The translations under genes and the position numbers were made by a program. 64,000 bases of DNA from Obrimoposthia wandeli. Lineage: Eukaryota. The notes under the pieces were generated by a model. The model was not told where the DNA came from. It saw only the letters and a list, made by a program, of their open reading frames with translations, and made no database searches. Every line of letters starts with the position of its first letter. The stretch's first letter is position 1. The stretch covers positions 124,001 to 188,000 of the forward strand of contig CDROCS010003124.1 of assembly GCA_977020255.1 (NCBI GenBank), read 5' to 3'. Shown in pieces: positions 20,821 through 33,639 of the stretch.

Positions 20821-22716
20821 ATAAACCAAATTGATGTAATTATAGAAAATCCTATAAAAATCGGTAAAAGATCACAATTTCTCATTCAAGGTCACACATT
20901 ATCAGAAGATAAAGGACCAGTTGTGTTCGAACCATCACGGGATTTCATAGAGAAATACGAATTACCAGTTGTAAGTACAGTATGTCTGATTGAAAATCAC
21001 AAAATACCAGTTAGACTGATGAATACAACCAACAATGACATCCTATTATACAGAGGAATGAGGTTGGGAAAGATAGCACAGATGGAGAATCCCACTATAT
21101 GTGCTATGAAACTCGATATAGACACGAATGATTACGAAGAAATAGTAATCCAATCAGAAAGACTGACAACTAGAGAAAAGAAACAATTACTTGATCTAAT
21201 ACATAAATTTCCGAAAGTAATTGCAAAAAATCCATATGACATAGGAGAAACGCCTGTCATAAAACACACAATACCGCTGACAGAAGACAAAGTAGTCAGA
21301 AGAAGACCATATCGAGTACCATTACAGTTACAAGATGAAGTAAAAAGTCAGATTGAAGACATGTCTAAAACAGGAGTAATTAGACCGAGTTTTTCACCAT
21401 TCTCAGCACCTGTAGTGTTAGTAAAAAAGAAGGATGGAAAAATGAGATTCTGTATAGATTTCAGAGAACTGAACAAGATCACCAGAAAAGACGTGTATCC
21501 ATTACCTAGAATTGAAGAGATGCTTGATAAATTAGGTAATTCAAATTATTTTACGACATTGGATTTGCAGAGTGGATACTGGCAAATCGAGATAGAGGAA
21601 GAGGATAAACACAAAACAGCCTTTTCCTGCGGAGATGGACTATACGAATGCAAAAAAATGCTATTCGGACTGACAGGAGCGCCAGCAACATTTCAGCGTT
21701 GCAAGAATTTTGTGCTCGCATCGTGTGCAAACACGATGGTTTATATCGATGACATAATAATATTTTCGAAAACGTTCGAAGAACATTTAAAAAATCTTGA
21801 AGTTGTATTTAAAAGACTGGAAAACGCTAAATTAAAAGTTAAACCTACAAAATGCGAATGGGCTAAAGAGCGAGTAACATTTTTAGGACATATAGTATCG
21901 AAAGAAGGCATCCGACCAGATCCAGCAAAGATCGAGAAAGTAAAAGCGCATTTAGCGCCAAAGACTGTTAAAGAAATACAGAGTTTTTTAGGCCTTGCGA
22001 ACTATTATAGACGATTTGTTGAACATTTTTCAGATATAGCAACACCATTGAGAAAGTTGACGAGGAAAGATGAGAAGTTCATATGGGGAAAGGAAGCACA
22101 ACAAGTGTTTGAACATTTAAAAGAAAGACTGATAAAAGCACCAATATTAGCGTTTCCAGATATAAACCGACAATTCATACTCATGACAGATGCAAGTAAC
22201 TATGCTGTAGGAGCAGTATTGGGACAAGAAGATGACGAAGGAAGAGAACACGTCATCGCGTATGCGAGTAGAGGATTAAACAGAGCCGAAAGAGGATACT
22301 CTGTTATCGAAAAAGAATGTCTAGCCATAGTATATTCATGTAGACAATACAGACACTACTTGTTAGAACAAAAAGTATTCCTGTATAAAGATCACAAACC
22401 ACTACAGTTCTAGTATAAACATAGAGATGAGATGAGTAGATTAAACAGATGGTTTCTGACATTGACCGAATTCGATCTAGAAATCCGTTATAGAACCAGA
22501 AAGTCGAATGGCAACGCAGATTGTTTGTTGAGGTTAACAAATGTAGACGAGAAAGGAAACATAATTCCAGAAGAAGAACAAGATGAAACCAACGACCAAA
22601 AAGGAGAAGCAAATCTACTAACGATTTTGCTGAAGACGGGTAAAATAGACAAAGAGATCATCAAGGAGCAGAAAGAAGATGAAGACCTGAGTCTAATCAA
22701 AGAAAAGAACTGTTAG
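20821..22716 (+). pseudogene. pol: Reverse transcriptase and RNase H (Gypsy type); in-frame TAA at 20818 and TAG at 22411
   Basis: YIDD at 21742-21753; DASNYAVGAVL, EKECLAIV and DHKPL RNase H motifs. Confidence 0.92.
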
Positions 22717-22772
22717 TGAAAGGAGATCTAAACGATGAAATGACGAAGAAATACTCGATAAAATAAGGAATC

Positions 22773-24020
22773 TTGTATATTGTCAACAATGTCGGAAAAA
22801 TAGTAGTAGTAATTCCGAAGTCATTGAAAACATCTGTGATGATCCAGTACCACGATGGAACACTAGGAGGACATCTGTCAGGACGAAAGACAATAGCCAG
22901 AATCAAAGAGAAGTACCATTGGGATGGTATGGAAGACGACATAAAACAATGGTGTAAACAATGTAAAGTATGTTTAACCAGAAGAGACACCGGAACTCGT
23001 AGTAAAGTTCCACTGAAACCAATGCCAGTTCCTTTGGCACCAATGGAATTCACAGCGATGGATATATTTGGACCATTGAGAGAATCAAGTAAAGGAAACA
23101 AGTACGTCATAGTATTTACGGACTACATGACGAGATGGGTAGAAGCATATCCCATGCAAAACCAGAAGGCTGAGACAATAGCGCAGATCTTAGTGGAAGA
23201 GATAATATTTCGATACGGAGTGCCTAGAAAGTTGTTAACGGATCAAGGTAAGAACTTCACCGGAGAAGTAATAAAAGCAGTATCGAAGATATTCGGAATC
23301 ATGAAGTTACAAACTTCACCATATCAGCTACAAACCGATGGACTAGTAGAAAGGTTTAATAAAACTTTATGTATGATGGTACAATCCTATTGCTCAGACA
23401 AGCAAGAGGATTGGAATAAATATTTACCTTCATGTTTATATGCTTACAGGAATTCAGTTCGAGAGGCGACGGGTCACACACCATTCTATCTGATGTATCT
23501 CAGACAGAACAATATGCCAATGGATCTGGAGTGGACCGAACCAACGTCTCAGTATCTAGAAACTGAACAATACATTGTCGTTATGAAAGAAAGATTACAA
23601 GATGCTTGGACTAAAGCAGGATTGAAACTAAAATTCAATTAAGAAGGTTACAAGGAACAATATGACAAAAAGGCAAAACCACATGAATTTAGAGTCGGAG
23701 ATCAAGTGATGATATTTTATCCAGTCATCGAACCAGGTCTATCATTTAAACTTCATAGACCATACAAAGGACCATACAAGGTGATACAGACAACCTCAAC
23801 GAACTTGAAAGTAATCAACGAGGAAAATCGGAACAAGGAACCGATGATTGTACATGCAAATCGATGTAAATTAGTACCAAATAAAGATAACGCGTCACGA
23901 TATGAGTTAAGATCACAGAAATTGAAGACGAATACCAATACGATTAAACTTACACGAATGGTAAGTGATCGAAACTACATAAATACGATGACAAGTAGTA
24001 GCGATGAAAAACCAGCGTGA
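22773..24020 (+). pseudogene. pol: Integrase (HHCC, DDE, GPY/F); in-frame TAA at 23640
   Basis: HDGTLGGH...CKQC, MDIFGP, TDQGKNF, DGLVERFN, HRPYKGPYKV. Confidence 0.92.
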
Positions 24021-24026
24021 ATTGGC

Positions 24027-24719
24027 ATGCTCAGAATGAAGCACCAAGAGGAAAAAGAAGTAATTCGACACATCGCACCACAAGAGATATTGGAAGAAGA
24101 CGAAGAGATCATAGTCGTTTTAGAAAGAACACAACCAACAGACGTGGCGAAAGAAGTCATTGTGAAAGATGCACTGACAAACGAATTTCTATGCGAACTT
24201 AGAGTGTCATACTTCGACGGAAATACACTAGTTGCAGAACTGCATCAAAACTCCAATGTGTTTACAACTGAGAAAGTGATAATCGAAATCACATTAAAAC
24301 CAAACATAGTTGCATGGCAGAACTATGACAGTACTGAAGCAGGACTAGCCAGTCAGGAAGAAAAAGAACCGGCCGGTGGTCACATACTTCATGGTACACC
24401 AAAAAGACTCAAACAAGAATACTACGATGTAATAATGGTATTACGTAATTCACATGGGAGAAGAGACATAATGAGAGTTCAGTTAATCGACGCTGACACT
24501 GAAAAGATAATCTGTCAGATGGACACCAAATACTTTGACGGAAAGACCATTGTATGTAGTATACCGGAATCTCACCAATTAAACACAGATCAAACGGAAG
24601 TATCTGTAAGGTTGAGCGTAATAGAAGGATTTCATTCGCCAACCCAACCGGAAATAACAAACAATAAAATCATTAAAACAACGGCAGAGTTACGCATTGA
24701 CATCGGATACTGGAAGTAG
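24027..24719 (+). CDS. Unidentified 3' accessory ORF with an internally duplicated domain
   Basis: 230 aa, in frame with the preceding ORF across one TGA. Two repeats share a CxxxxxYFDGxTxV core. Confidence 0.55.
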   Translation: MLRMKHQEEKEVIRHIAPQEILEEDEEIIVVLERTQPTDVAKEVIVKDALTNEFLCELRVSYFDGNTLVAELHQNSNVFTTEKVIIEITLKPNIVAWQNYDSTEAGLASQEEKEPAGGHILHGTPKRLKQEYYDVIMVLRNSHGRRDIMRVQLIDADTEKIICQMDTKYFDGKTIVCSIPESHQLNTDQTEVSVRLSVIEGFHSPTQPEITNNKIIKTTAELRIDIGYWK

Positions 24720-24739
24720 GAAGCTAAAAATAAACCACA

Positions 24740-26060
24740 AAGAATCAATATGATCCGAGAACAAGTGACAACCTCAATCCAACCAAAAATATCATGCTGA
24801 AATAGTATCATCCGCGCCAACTTGTCGGCAGTCATAGCATCTACCAGATCAGGTAAAGTATCCACAGTTTCTGAAACTCAAAGTAGTCTAAAGCAATTCC
24901 ACTGGGCACAAATATGTTCTATGACTTTACTTGCGATTCGTATTTTAATATTCTTTCTTCCTGCAGCTGAATATTTGTAAACCTGGAAAAGTTAGTTTTT
25001 GTCGATATTCAAGAACCCTACTCAAATGACATGGAGTTCTTCCATTTTGTCAATATTATCTTTCAGAGTAGTCTCGATTAGATTCTGACATTTGTCCATT
25101 ACTTTGCTGTAACTATTATTTGACTCATATTACTGTCAAAGGACACTTTGATTTCCACATAATGGATGTAGATTCTACCTTTTACCGTAATATCTGGTTT
25201 TGCTCACTGAATATAGCCACTTTCATTCATTATCATAGTAGTTTCCTTCATAGCAATAGTATCTCCGGCAAGTTTAAATAAGATATATACTTCTCGAACT
25301 ACCGTATCGTGTCTCTGTACTTTCCAGTAATGCATTTTATAGCATCCTACTATAGCATGAGATACAGTCTCAGGTGATGGTGTGTTGTTATTATTTAAAC
25401 CCATATCAGCAACAGTTAACTTCACGTTTACTGTTTACGGTACGGAGGCACATAAATAAAACTTCCTGAAATTGTTTAATTAACTTATTCATAAACATTT
25501 TTATCATAGATACATGAATCGATAACTTTTAAAAAACTAATAACCTTCACATTCTTTATTATCACCTTGGTAAAAATAAATTAACACTTTATAAAAAGAG
25601 GACCTATATTCCCCATTTGATCAGACATGTTTAATCTACGGCTGGTATTCTATTTAACGTACTTTATCACCCAATCACATGCTTACTTTCATTATTCAGC
25701 ATTGACAGAATAACAATGAGCAAATTATGAAACAGCTCAAAAGACCCAATAGACACGTTATGTAGCATTCTAACTATTAGCTTACTTCCCACCCTAATCT
25801 TTGCTACTCTCACCTTCCCATCCGGTCTCTAAATTTTCCACTCTTCATAATTTCTATTTACCTCTATCCTGGTGCTTCTCTATTAACCACACTACAGGTA
25901 TAGGTTTCCTGAAGGGAATTCTTAGTATTTCACATTTGCTTAGTCTAAATCTCAATTGGATACTGGCTGCAGTATCCAACATCGTCTTTAGTAAATATTT
26001 ATCCTCGGCGAGTAAGGCTAGTTCATCCGCATATATATGTACAACAAAGTTTGAATCCAG
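24740..26060 (-). mobile_element. Degenerate non-LTR retrotransposon with restriction-like endonuclease (R4/NeSL-like), 3' fragment
   Basis: RT remnant HIYADELALLAED...LRFRLSKC (~26040-25920). Zinc-finger remnant PETVSHAIVGC...QRHDTVV. Endonuclease remnant KPDITV...VEIKVSFDSN. Confidence 0.65.
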
Positions 26061-26329
26061 TAATAATTAAAATAAAATTCAGCCTATTGATTTAATCCAA
26101 ACCCACACAACAATAGTTTAAAGGGATTTTTAAAGTTATCATGTACTTTTCACAAAATCATTCAGTCTAAACCAGACAGGACACATCGATAAGCCTTATC
26201 GATAAGACTCAATTTGAGGGCAAACGAACATCGAATTATTCGTTCATCGAACATAGCAAATTTATAGAATATAGCAAAAATAGAATAATTATAGCAACAA
26301 AAAAAAATGATTATAGCAAAAAATAGAAT

Positions 26330-26700
26330 AATTTAATAAAGAATAAAATAAGTGAACAAGTAGATTGATATAGATTTCGAGATAGTAATCGAGATTAAAT
26401 ATATAAGAAAAGTAATAAGTATATATCCTACATTTAATACTAGAAGACAGTCACGTTAAACAAATTTAGTAATTCAAGTCGAAGTTGTTGATGACAGTAG
26501 TTTAAACCGATTTTTTATTCACACAGATAATAGGTGCGAAAACAAGAGTTGAATAAGAATGTATTGAAGAGAATTAATAACCTTAATTCGGAAATAAATA
26601 CAGTATCAAGAACCGTTTGCAGATGAAATTCGTGATGAGAAGATTCAACTGAGTTCCAAGCTGTTTATACAATTGTGTATATAATTGTGAACTTAGTCTT
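26330..26700 (+). mobile_element. Relic of the leader/gag start of a related Gypsy element
   Basis: Exact 17-mer TTTAATACTAGAAGACA (26433-26449) shared with 12784-12800, plus AAAGTAATAAGTA just upstream. Confidence 0.35.
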
Positions 26701-27857
26701 CTGACATTCGAGGAAAATCCGTGGAGGACATAGTACACTCGTAACTTACTAAATTGAATCTAGAAAGTTACTAGATAAATTACGGCTTAATAGTCTGTAC
26801 AATAAGTCACCCGGAAAAAAAAACTCAAACCCGGTACAAAATAAATTACTAGATGGAAAAACAGGTAAAATAAAATTGCAAACACACTTACACAACATTT
26901 TAAAATTAATTTTAGAATTTTAATATATGGATTTATAGTTTAATAGATTGATTTTATTTTTTCACAATTTAAATAGAAAAACTTTTTACGACAGATTTTG
27001 ATGACCTTTTATTCTGGGACTATAAAAAAAATAAGAAAATTAAAATAACAAATAGAGAAATAGTGTTAAAATGAGAATGTTTGATAATAATTTATCAAAT
27101 AAATGTTTTACATACTTGATAATTTTAAATCCGTTTCATCATGCTAAATAACTATTTTAAAAATTACTATCACTTACTAAGTTTCTTTATTCGACTTAGT
27201 AAATTACACACAATGTAATAATGAACGTCGGCTACTACACCACGGTAGACACATGTTAAAATTCAAAAGATGAGTAATATTGAATAATTTAAATATTCGA
27301 AATAAAGCGACAAATTAAACAAAGAGATTCTGCAATCATATTTAATTATTTTTTAATACATTGAAGTATTAACTTAAGTAATTACACAACTGAGAAACAA
27401 AAACTTAGCCCCCAAATAAGCTCAAATTCAAATTAACATGACTAGACGTAGATCGAGGAAAGGAAATTGAAAAAGTATGAAGGGCGAATATATACATCAA
27501 ATGATGATATGAAAAATTATCAAAAAAAATACATATAACATGACCGTCTTGAGAAACTTGAAAAATAAATGATAAAGATACCGTGTTAAATAATTTAATG
27601 ATACTAGTTTATGTAGATCGGTAAAGTAATTACACAAGCATCATATATCGTTATAATTATTCTAAAAAATCTTCAAAAAAAGCTTCATTAAATGTTTATA
27701 AAAATATATGTATATTCATTAATGCTATTTGACATTAATAGTTAATTTATGTTCAAAACACAATATAATACATTTTAAATAGATTAATATAGCATTAGGT
27801 TACATTAAATAGAAAAAGATAGAAAAGATAATTATTAGATCCAATATATATATTTAC

Positions 27858-28250
27858 TTAATAGAAGTATCCCATAATTTTTCCTCCTAGATGTTTCTTT
27901 CTAGCCTCAAGATGGTCCATAATACCCGCAGACGTGGTGACAACAATGAAACCGAACTGACGGGAAGGAAGTAATCTAGATGACCAGTTCTCCAACTTCT
28001 TGACGCTAGTATCAAATCTGGGGCTGATGACAGCACACTTGTTGATTCTTCCGTTCAATTCAACAACAATTTTGCCAGATCTGTGGTCATCAACAATGGT
28101 GAATTCTTTGATATAACCATGCTTCTGCATAACACCCAAAAACTGGATAATCACTTTCGAGCTAGGTCTGATAAGAACCTGTTGCTTACCTCTCTTCTCA
28201 GCATTATAAATACCATTTAAGGCATCAGCCAAAACATTCATACGGACCAT
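27858..28250 (-). CDS. RPS15A: 40S ribosomal protein S15a (uS8), intact, intronless, 130 aa
   Basis: [11 protein letters not shown]...[18 protein letters not shown]...[27 protein letters not shown]...[21 protein letters not shown]...GGKIMGYFY. Length and termini match the family; true start is the ATG at 28250. Confidence 0.96.
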   Translation of the reverse strand: MVRMNVLADALNGIYNAEKRGKQQVLIRPSSKVIIQFLGVMQKHGYIKEFTIVDDHRSGKIVVELNGRINKCAVISPRFDTSVKKLENWSSRLLPSRQFGFIVVTTSAGIMDHLEARKKHLGGKIMGYFY

Positions 28251-29474
28251 TTTATATACTAATTTCAAATATATTAAAATTAAATTTATAGAAAAATGTT
28301 ACCTTTTAAATATTTCTTTCTACAACTATATATAAATATTAAAACAAAGTTCTTCAAATTTCAAATTAAAAAATTACACTTTAATTTAATATGAAAATAA
28401 AGAATTTTAAAAATTTAAACGTATTATAGAATATTTATATTCAATGATTTGTGATTTGATAAAATATTAACAATTTTAATAAAGTTTAATGATTGTTATT
28501 AATCACAAAAATAATTTAACTATTTATTTTTAAGATTTTTAATTACAAACATGTTTTCAAATAAAACAATTAAATGTCAAAATATTTTTATTCCGTGAAT
28601 TTTACAATTTCAATTGATAAAATTTTTTGTCATTATTTTATTTAAAACCTTTTTTTTTCTTCAAAATTAGAAGAAGAAAAATCATACTGTTAACTTGCAC
28701 ACCTAATGAAGGTGTCATGTGATATAAATACAAATACAGTTCCTTTGCTAATAATCAGTAAATTCATAATTCAGAAAATGTTTAAAGTAATTTTAAAATA
28801 TCCTAATTATTTTACAATGGATATTTCTTCAGAGTACCTTGAAAAACTTTTTTCAAATTAAAATTATACAATACTTTTTACTTTAGATTTACTTTTAATT
28901 AAATTTATATTATTAGGACAATATATCGATTAAACATACAATAATATCAAATAGAAATAAACAATAAAATAGAATATCCATTTTCACTGGAAGTTATTAA
29001 ATAGTTATGTAGTCGTTTAGTATGCCTACGCTTATGTCAAGCTTGATTACTGTGTCAAGAAAAACATGTGATTTCCTAACAATAGTTGAGACAGAGACCA
29101 TGTCGGGTTTGAGAATTTAGTAATTATCCTTCTTGTTTCTTTTCTTCAATGTATATGCATGGAAAATTGATTTAATTTTCTTATTTTCGGGAGTATTTTT
29201 CTGAGTCACCTCAATTTGATTTTTGTCAGAAATAATTACTGAAATGAATAGTTAGTTATTTAAACTCATATTCAATTTTGAATGGTTATTTAACTTTAAA
29301 TACATATGTATGTATATGTATGTATGGGTTTTGTTTATACCATGTTTGTGTGTATTTATGTATGTATATGTTAGTATTATTTATTTATAGCATGTGTGTG
29401 AGCATATTTTTATATTAAAAAACGTGTGTGTGCAATTGTTTTTATGTATATTTTAAAAAATCATACATGAAACA

Positions 29475-29679
29475 TGTTAGGTAAATAATTATAATTATAA
29501 TCTCACAATTAACTAATTAATTGAATGTTTGTACCTGTATGATTGCATAACTAATTGTCTCCATATTATTGCACAACTACATGCATTTCCCCACAGAACG
29601 CTTTACTTAAAAGATCACACAGAACGAGAACGGCATATTTGGTGTTTAATATAGTTTGAAGTATTATACAGACTTAACA
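29475..29679 (+). repeat. Probable short LTR (TGTTAGG...CTTAACA)
   Basis: The end is defined by AACA directly followed by a PBS. The start is inferred only from the inverted-terminus match. Confidence 0.45.
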
Positions 29680-30759
29680 TGGCGACCACGCAACAAGAAT
29701 CAAGGAAGCTGATTCCACAACCAAAAGAATATACAGAATCAGAAGAAGTTGAAGAGTTCCTGCCTAAGATCAGGTCATATTTTGAAATGATATCACTGGA
29801 TGTCAGCCAAAGAAATATTCTGATTAGAGCATTTATTCCCGAGAAATATCGTGAAAAATATGACAAGAAGAATTATGAAGATAGGCTTAAAGAAGCATTT
29901 GACAAGAAGCCGGATTTAGAAGTAGACCTATTCAATGCCTTGAAATACAAGAAAGGTAATGATTCCGTTGACACCTTCATTCAGCGTATCGAAAATAATG
30001 GGGAGAATGTAATGCGACACAAGATTACGGCCTCCAAATTAACAGAATTCTTACTAAAATTCTGTCTCGATGCTGAGTCGATGTTAGAAGAAATGAACCG
30101 ATTCGAACTCACTGGTGACATTTTGAAGATGAAACCAAATCCAAGCAACGAAGAAATGGAGACTGAACAAAAAAGACCAACAAAATTTATCAAGGATATG
30201 ATGAAGAAATTGGAAGAAAAAAAAAATAAAGTCAATAATTGAAAAACCGATATTTTCTTTAAATAATCGAACTTATGCTGGAATTGTGAAAAATGGAAGA
30301 CCTGCTCATCGAAATCCAATGAACATGAAGCAAAATCAAGGAGCAGCTCAGATAAGGTTTGAAAATACATAGAAAAACGAAAACTATGAGCGATGACAAT
30401 CTTATTACTGCAGTGAGGTTGGACATATTAGACGAGAATGTCTTCACAATCATTGTTCATTCTGCGCACGAAATGGACATATGATCAACCAATGCTATCG
30501 AAAACTTTATCAAGGTAATAAAGGATACATGCAAAACTATGGTTATCAGCGAGATCAGCAAGTACCAAATGGCAGTTTTGGACAAGAGCGAAGATACCAG
30601 CGAGATTGTGTTCCTGTCCATCAGCTAAGAAATCAGCAGAGATACCAAGGAACTGACCAGATAAAGAAGCCAGTTGCTGTCATCGATGACGACTACATGA
30701 CTGTGGAAAAACCGAATAACAGCCAGGCGGAAAATGAGTTGGCTCCATCAAACGGGTAA
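29679..30759 (+). pseudogene. gag: gag-like gene of a second LTR element with two zinc knuckles; no pol seen
   Basis: PQPKEYTESEEVEEFL and KYKKGNDSVDTF, then after frameshifts YYCSEVGHIRREC and CSFCARNGHMINQC (~30400-30500). Confidence 0.7.
29680..29690 (+). promoter_or_regulatory. Primer-binding site, tRNA-Arg(TCG) type
   Basis: TGGCGACCACG matches the recalled complement TGGCGACCACGAAGGG over 11 nt. Confidence 0.6.
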
Positions 30760-33639
30760 ATGATCGGAGCTATGAATCTAATGTAAGTAGTTTTGTAAAT
30801 TATTTGAAGACAATTAAGTTTGACTGTGATAAAGAATGTATGGATGGTGAGTTTGATTTCAATAGTTTGAATAGTAATGTTTTATGTGATACTGAGAATG
30901 GTGAAAAAATTAAAATAAATAATGATTATGTAGATTTTATTGAAAATTATTTAGTTAATGATTTATTTAATCAACAAAAAATATGATTAAAGTTTTTTAA
31001 CTGTTGGTTATGATAATAGCGATTGAGTTGAATAATGTAATAATTTGTAAACCGTTCGGAACAATTAATAATTGCTTAATGAATTTTAATTTTTTTAATG
31101 ATCAATCTTTAACCCAACAATTCTAGCGAGTTATAAAATAGTAGTAAGGAAATAACTATAAGACATGGCTTGTTATAATGTAATTTGTCAATCAGATATT
31201 GTTAACGTTTTAGGTATAGTGATAACATATGTGAGGAAATTAAACCATTCTTGTCATGCACTATAATACCCCTGCATCGGCAGTGTTCGTTAATAACACA
31301 GTCATTGGAAACTCTGCTATCTTCTTTGGCCGAGGGTTCATCGACCGTAGATTAAGACGATGGATTCGCACCTAAACCGAAATCTTTAATAAACTCAACC
31401 CCTCTGTACAAAAACAGTCGCCCAGTGCCAACAGCGCCATCCACACCACCATGGGAACCCTCATCACTTCGGTAGGTGGATGTGTTTGGTCTAACCCACC
31501 CGGGGGAACCACTGTCCTTTAAAACCGTGCATTTGTGAAGTGAAATTTCGTGCATGTGGGTGTATAAAAATCTATAAATGTCCTGAGACATAAACACTTT
31601 CAAAAGTACAAGTGCAGTTTACTGGCAGTGAATGGTACAATGGTCAAGGCAGCAAAAAGAGGGGTACAGAGATCTCAATATATCGATCTGACTAGTCAGG
31701 ATTTGATTGAAAATTGGGAAGAATGTACTCAGAAAAATGCACAAGCCGCTGTTCATTCATCAACTTCGGCGGAAGCAGCAAGGAAACCGTTGGAGACACA
31801 TACGAGGAAGATGAACAATCACTTTGACAATGTCAAGACTGGCATCAATGTCCAATGTCAGTGGAAGATGATCCCGTTGTCTCAGCCAGATACAGTCTTC
31901 GCACCCGACTCCGACAAGGAGCTCTTCAGTGATTAGGTACCGTCGGATCAGGAGGAGGATAACTTTACTCTTTTCATCGACGAGTGGGTTGACCTCACTC
32001 TGAATCTTCCAACAAATAGCAATGTTGCAGCCAGAAATGACTCAATGATTGCTGAGTTAAACGAGGTTGAGTGAAGTCTCTTCACATACGACTGAGACGC
32101 TCTTACTCCAGCTGCTACTCCGATTCCTACACTAACCGCAGACGATATTGGGCCTGTAGTATTCAGAAGGCCACAATCTACTGTGAGACAAGTTAGGAGA
32201 ATAAACGCCACGAATGAGGTTAGATGATTTATTTATTTCATATGTTTTTAATTTTTTTTTCATAAACCTTTGCTGGATATAACACTATCGATGACTTTGG
32301 TGGAGAGAATGCTTGAACCGGAGATCTTAGCAATTCATTGCAGCCAGGAGTTGCCTAGGACTGAGCTGCAATATCTGGCATCATACAATAATATTCAAGT
32401 GAATTATTTAATATCAGAAAATATTATTAATTATTCATATAGGAAGCCGACCAGGTGAAGCAAGTGGAGTAAATGCAGGAAGAGGTTGCTCCTATATTGC
32501 TTACCGGTAGACCGAAAATAGGGGGTTATGCAAAAATTCAAGGAAGTGCCAAATCAAGACACAGTCAATCAGGGGGAAGATGGCGAAATTTATAAAACAA
32601 TCAAACCTGTCTGTTAAAGAGTTAAATTTTAATATATATTAACTACATTAAGTGTAGGATTGAGGAGTGACTGGAAGAATCTACTCCTATTCCTTCAAGG
32701 TGGAAGCAGCAGGTGGTAAGACAATCGTACACCACAATCGTACTTCAGTGGTATCAATTATGAAAAACATTTCAGTTTCTGATTCTCCATAAAGGAATCT
32801 AAACCTCGTTTTGATATTTTTTTATCTTCAAAGTAACAAAGTTTGCAAAACGTATACAAAATATCTGAGACGCTAAAATTATGCTGGAAACTAATCGGTA
32901 AACATACAATTTCGGTTTCCAATTTATAAGATAAAAGAATGCGTACCGAAATATCATTGCCAATTAAAATTATTATTGTTTCTTTCCACTAACCATAACG
33001 ACTTCGACATCCTAAAACGAAATCTAAATTTTCTAGTCTCTTCAAGGTAAAATATGTGGATTAGTGAATTTTAGTGAAATATGGTATGAAATAATTAAAT
33101 AGATTTATGGTCAAATTCGTATTATTTTATTAAAAGTATGAATTTAGTCTGTTACTGAGGCTACAAATTATAAACCATCATATTAGATAATGATGCATCC
33201 GATAACGACGATACAGAGATACAAGTCAACACACCTAGAGCAAGTTTGGATAATTTGAATTTACACTATGTAAACACAATAAAATCTTAATTTATACAAT
33301 ATATGCAATTATATAACAAACTGTAGAACATTACAAAATTAAAATGTTAAACATGTTCAATTTTACAAATTAATTTTAGTATTTAATTTTTTAATGTCAT
33401 TCTTATACTGGGGTTGTAGTTCTAAATTTTATAAAAATACGTATATAGCAATATAAATTGCTTTACAAAAAGAAAATTAAATAAAGAAAACTGTGGAAGT
33501 GCATTTTGTTTAAATGTATTACCGTACTTCCGCAGTTTCAGTTTCAGAAAACATAAATACCAATATGGTATAAATAATGAAATTTAAATAAACATTAGTA
33601 AAAATATTTGGTATTCAAATTAGACAAGTTTCAATTTTC

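Larger units (their letters stand above)
9825..24719 (+). mobile_element. Large Ty3/Gypsy-type LTR retrotransposon with env-like and anti-apoptotic cargo, copy 2 (decayed, no 3' LTR)
   Basis: LTR, PBS, gag with CCHC, and PR-RT-RH-IN in Gypsy order. RT motifs YPLPRIEEMLDKL, LDLQSGYWQI, FGLTGAPATFQR, YIDDII; GPY motif after integrase. Confidence 0.92.

Noticed and set aside
31300-32225. Degenerate plus-strand coding-like region (31628-31936 and continuation)
   Set aside because: Multiple stops and no recognisable motif; cannot be assigned.
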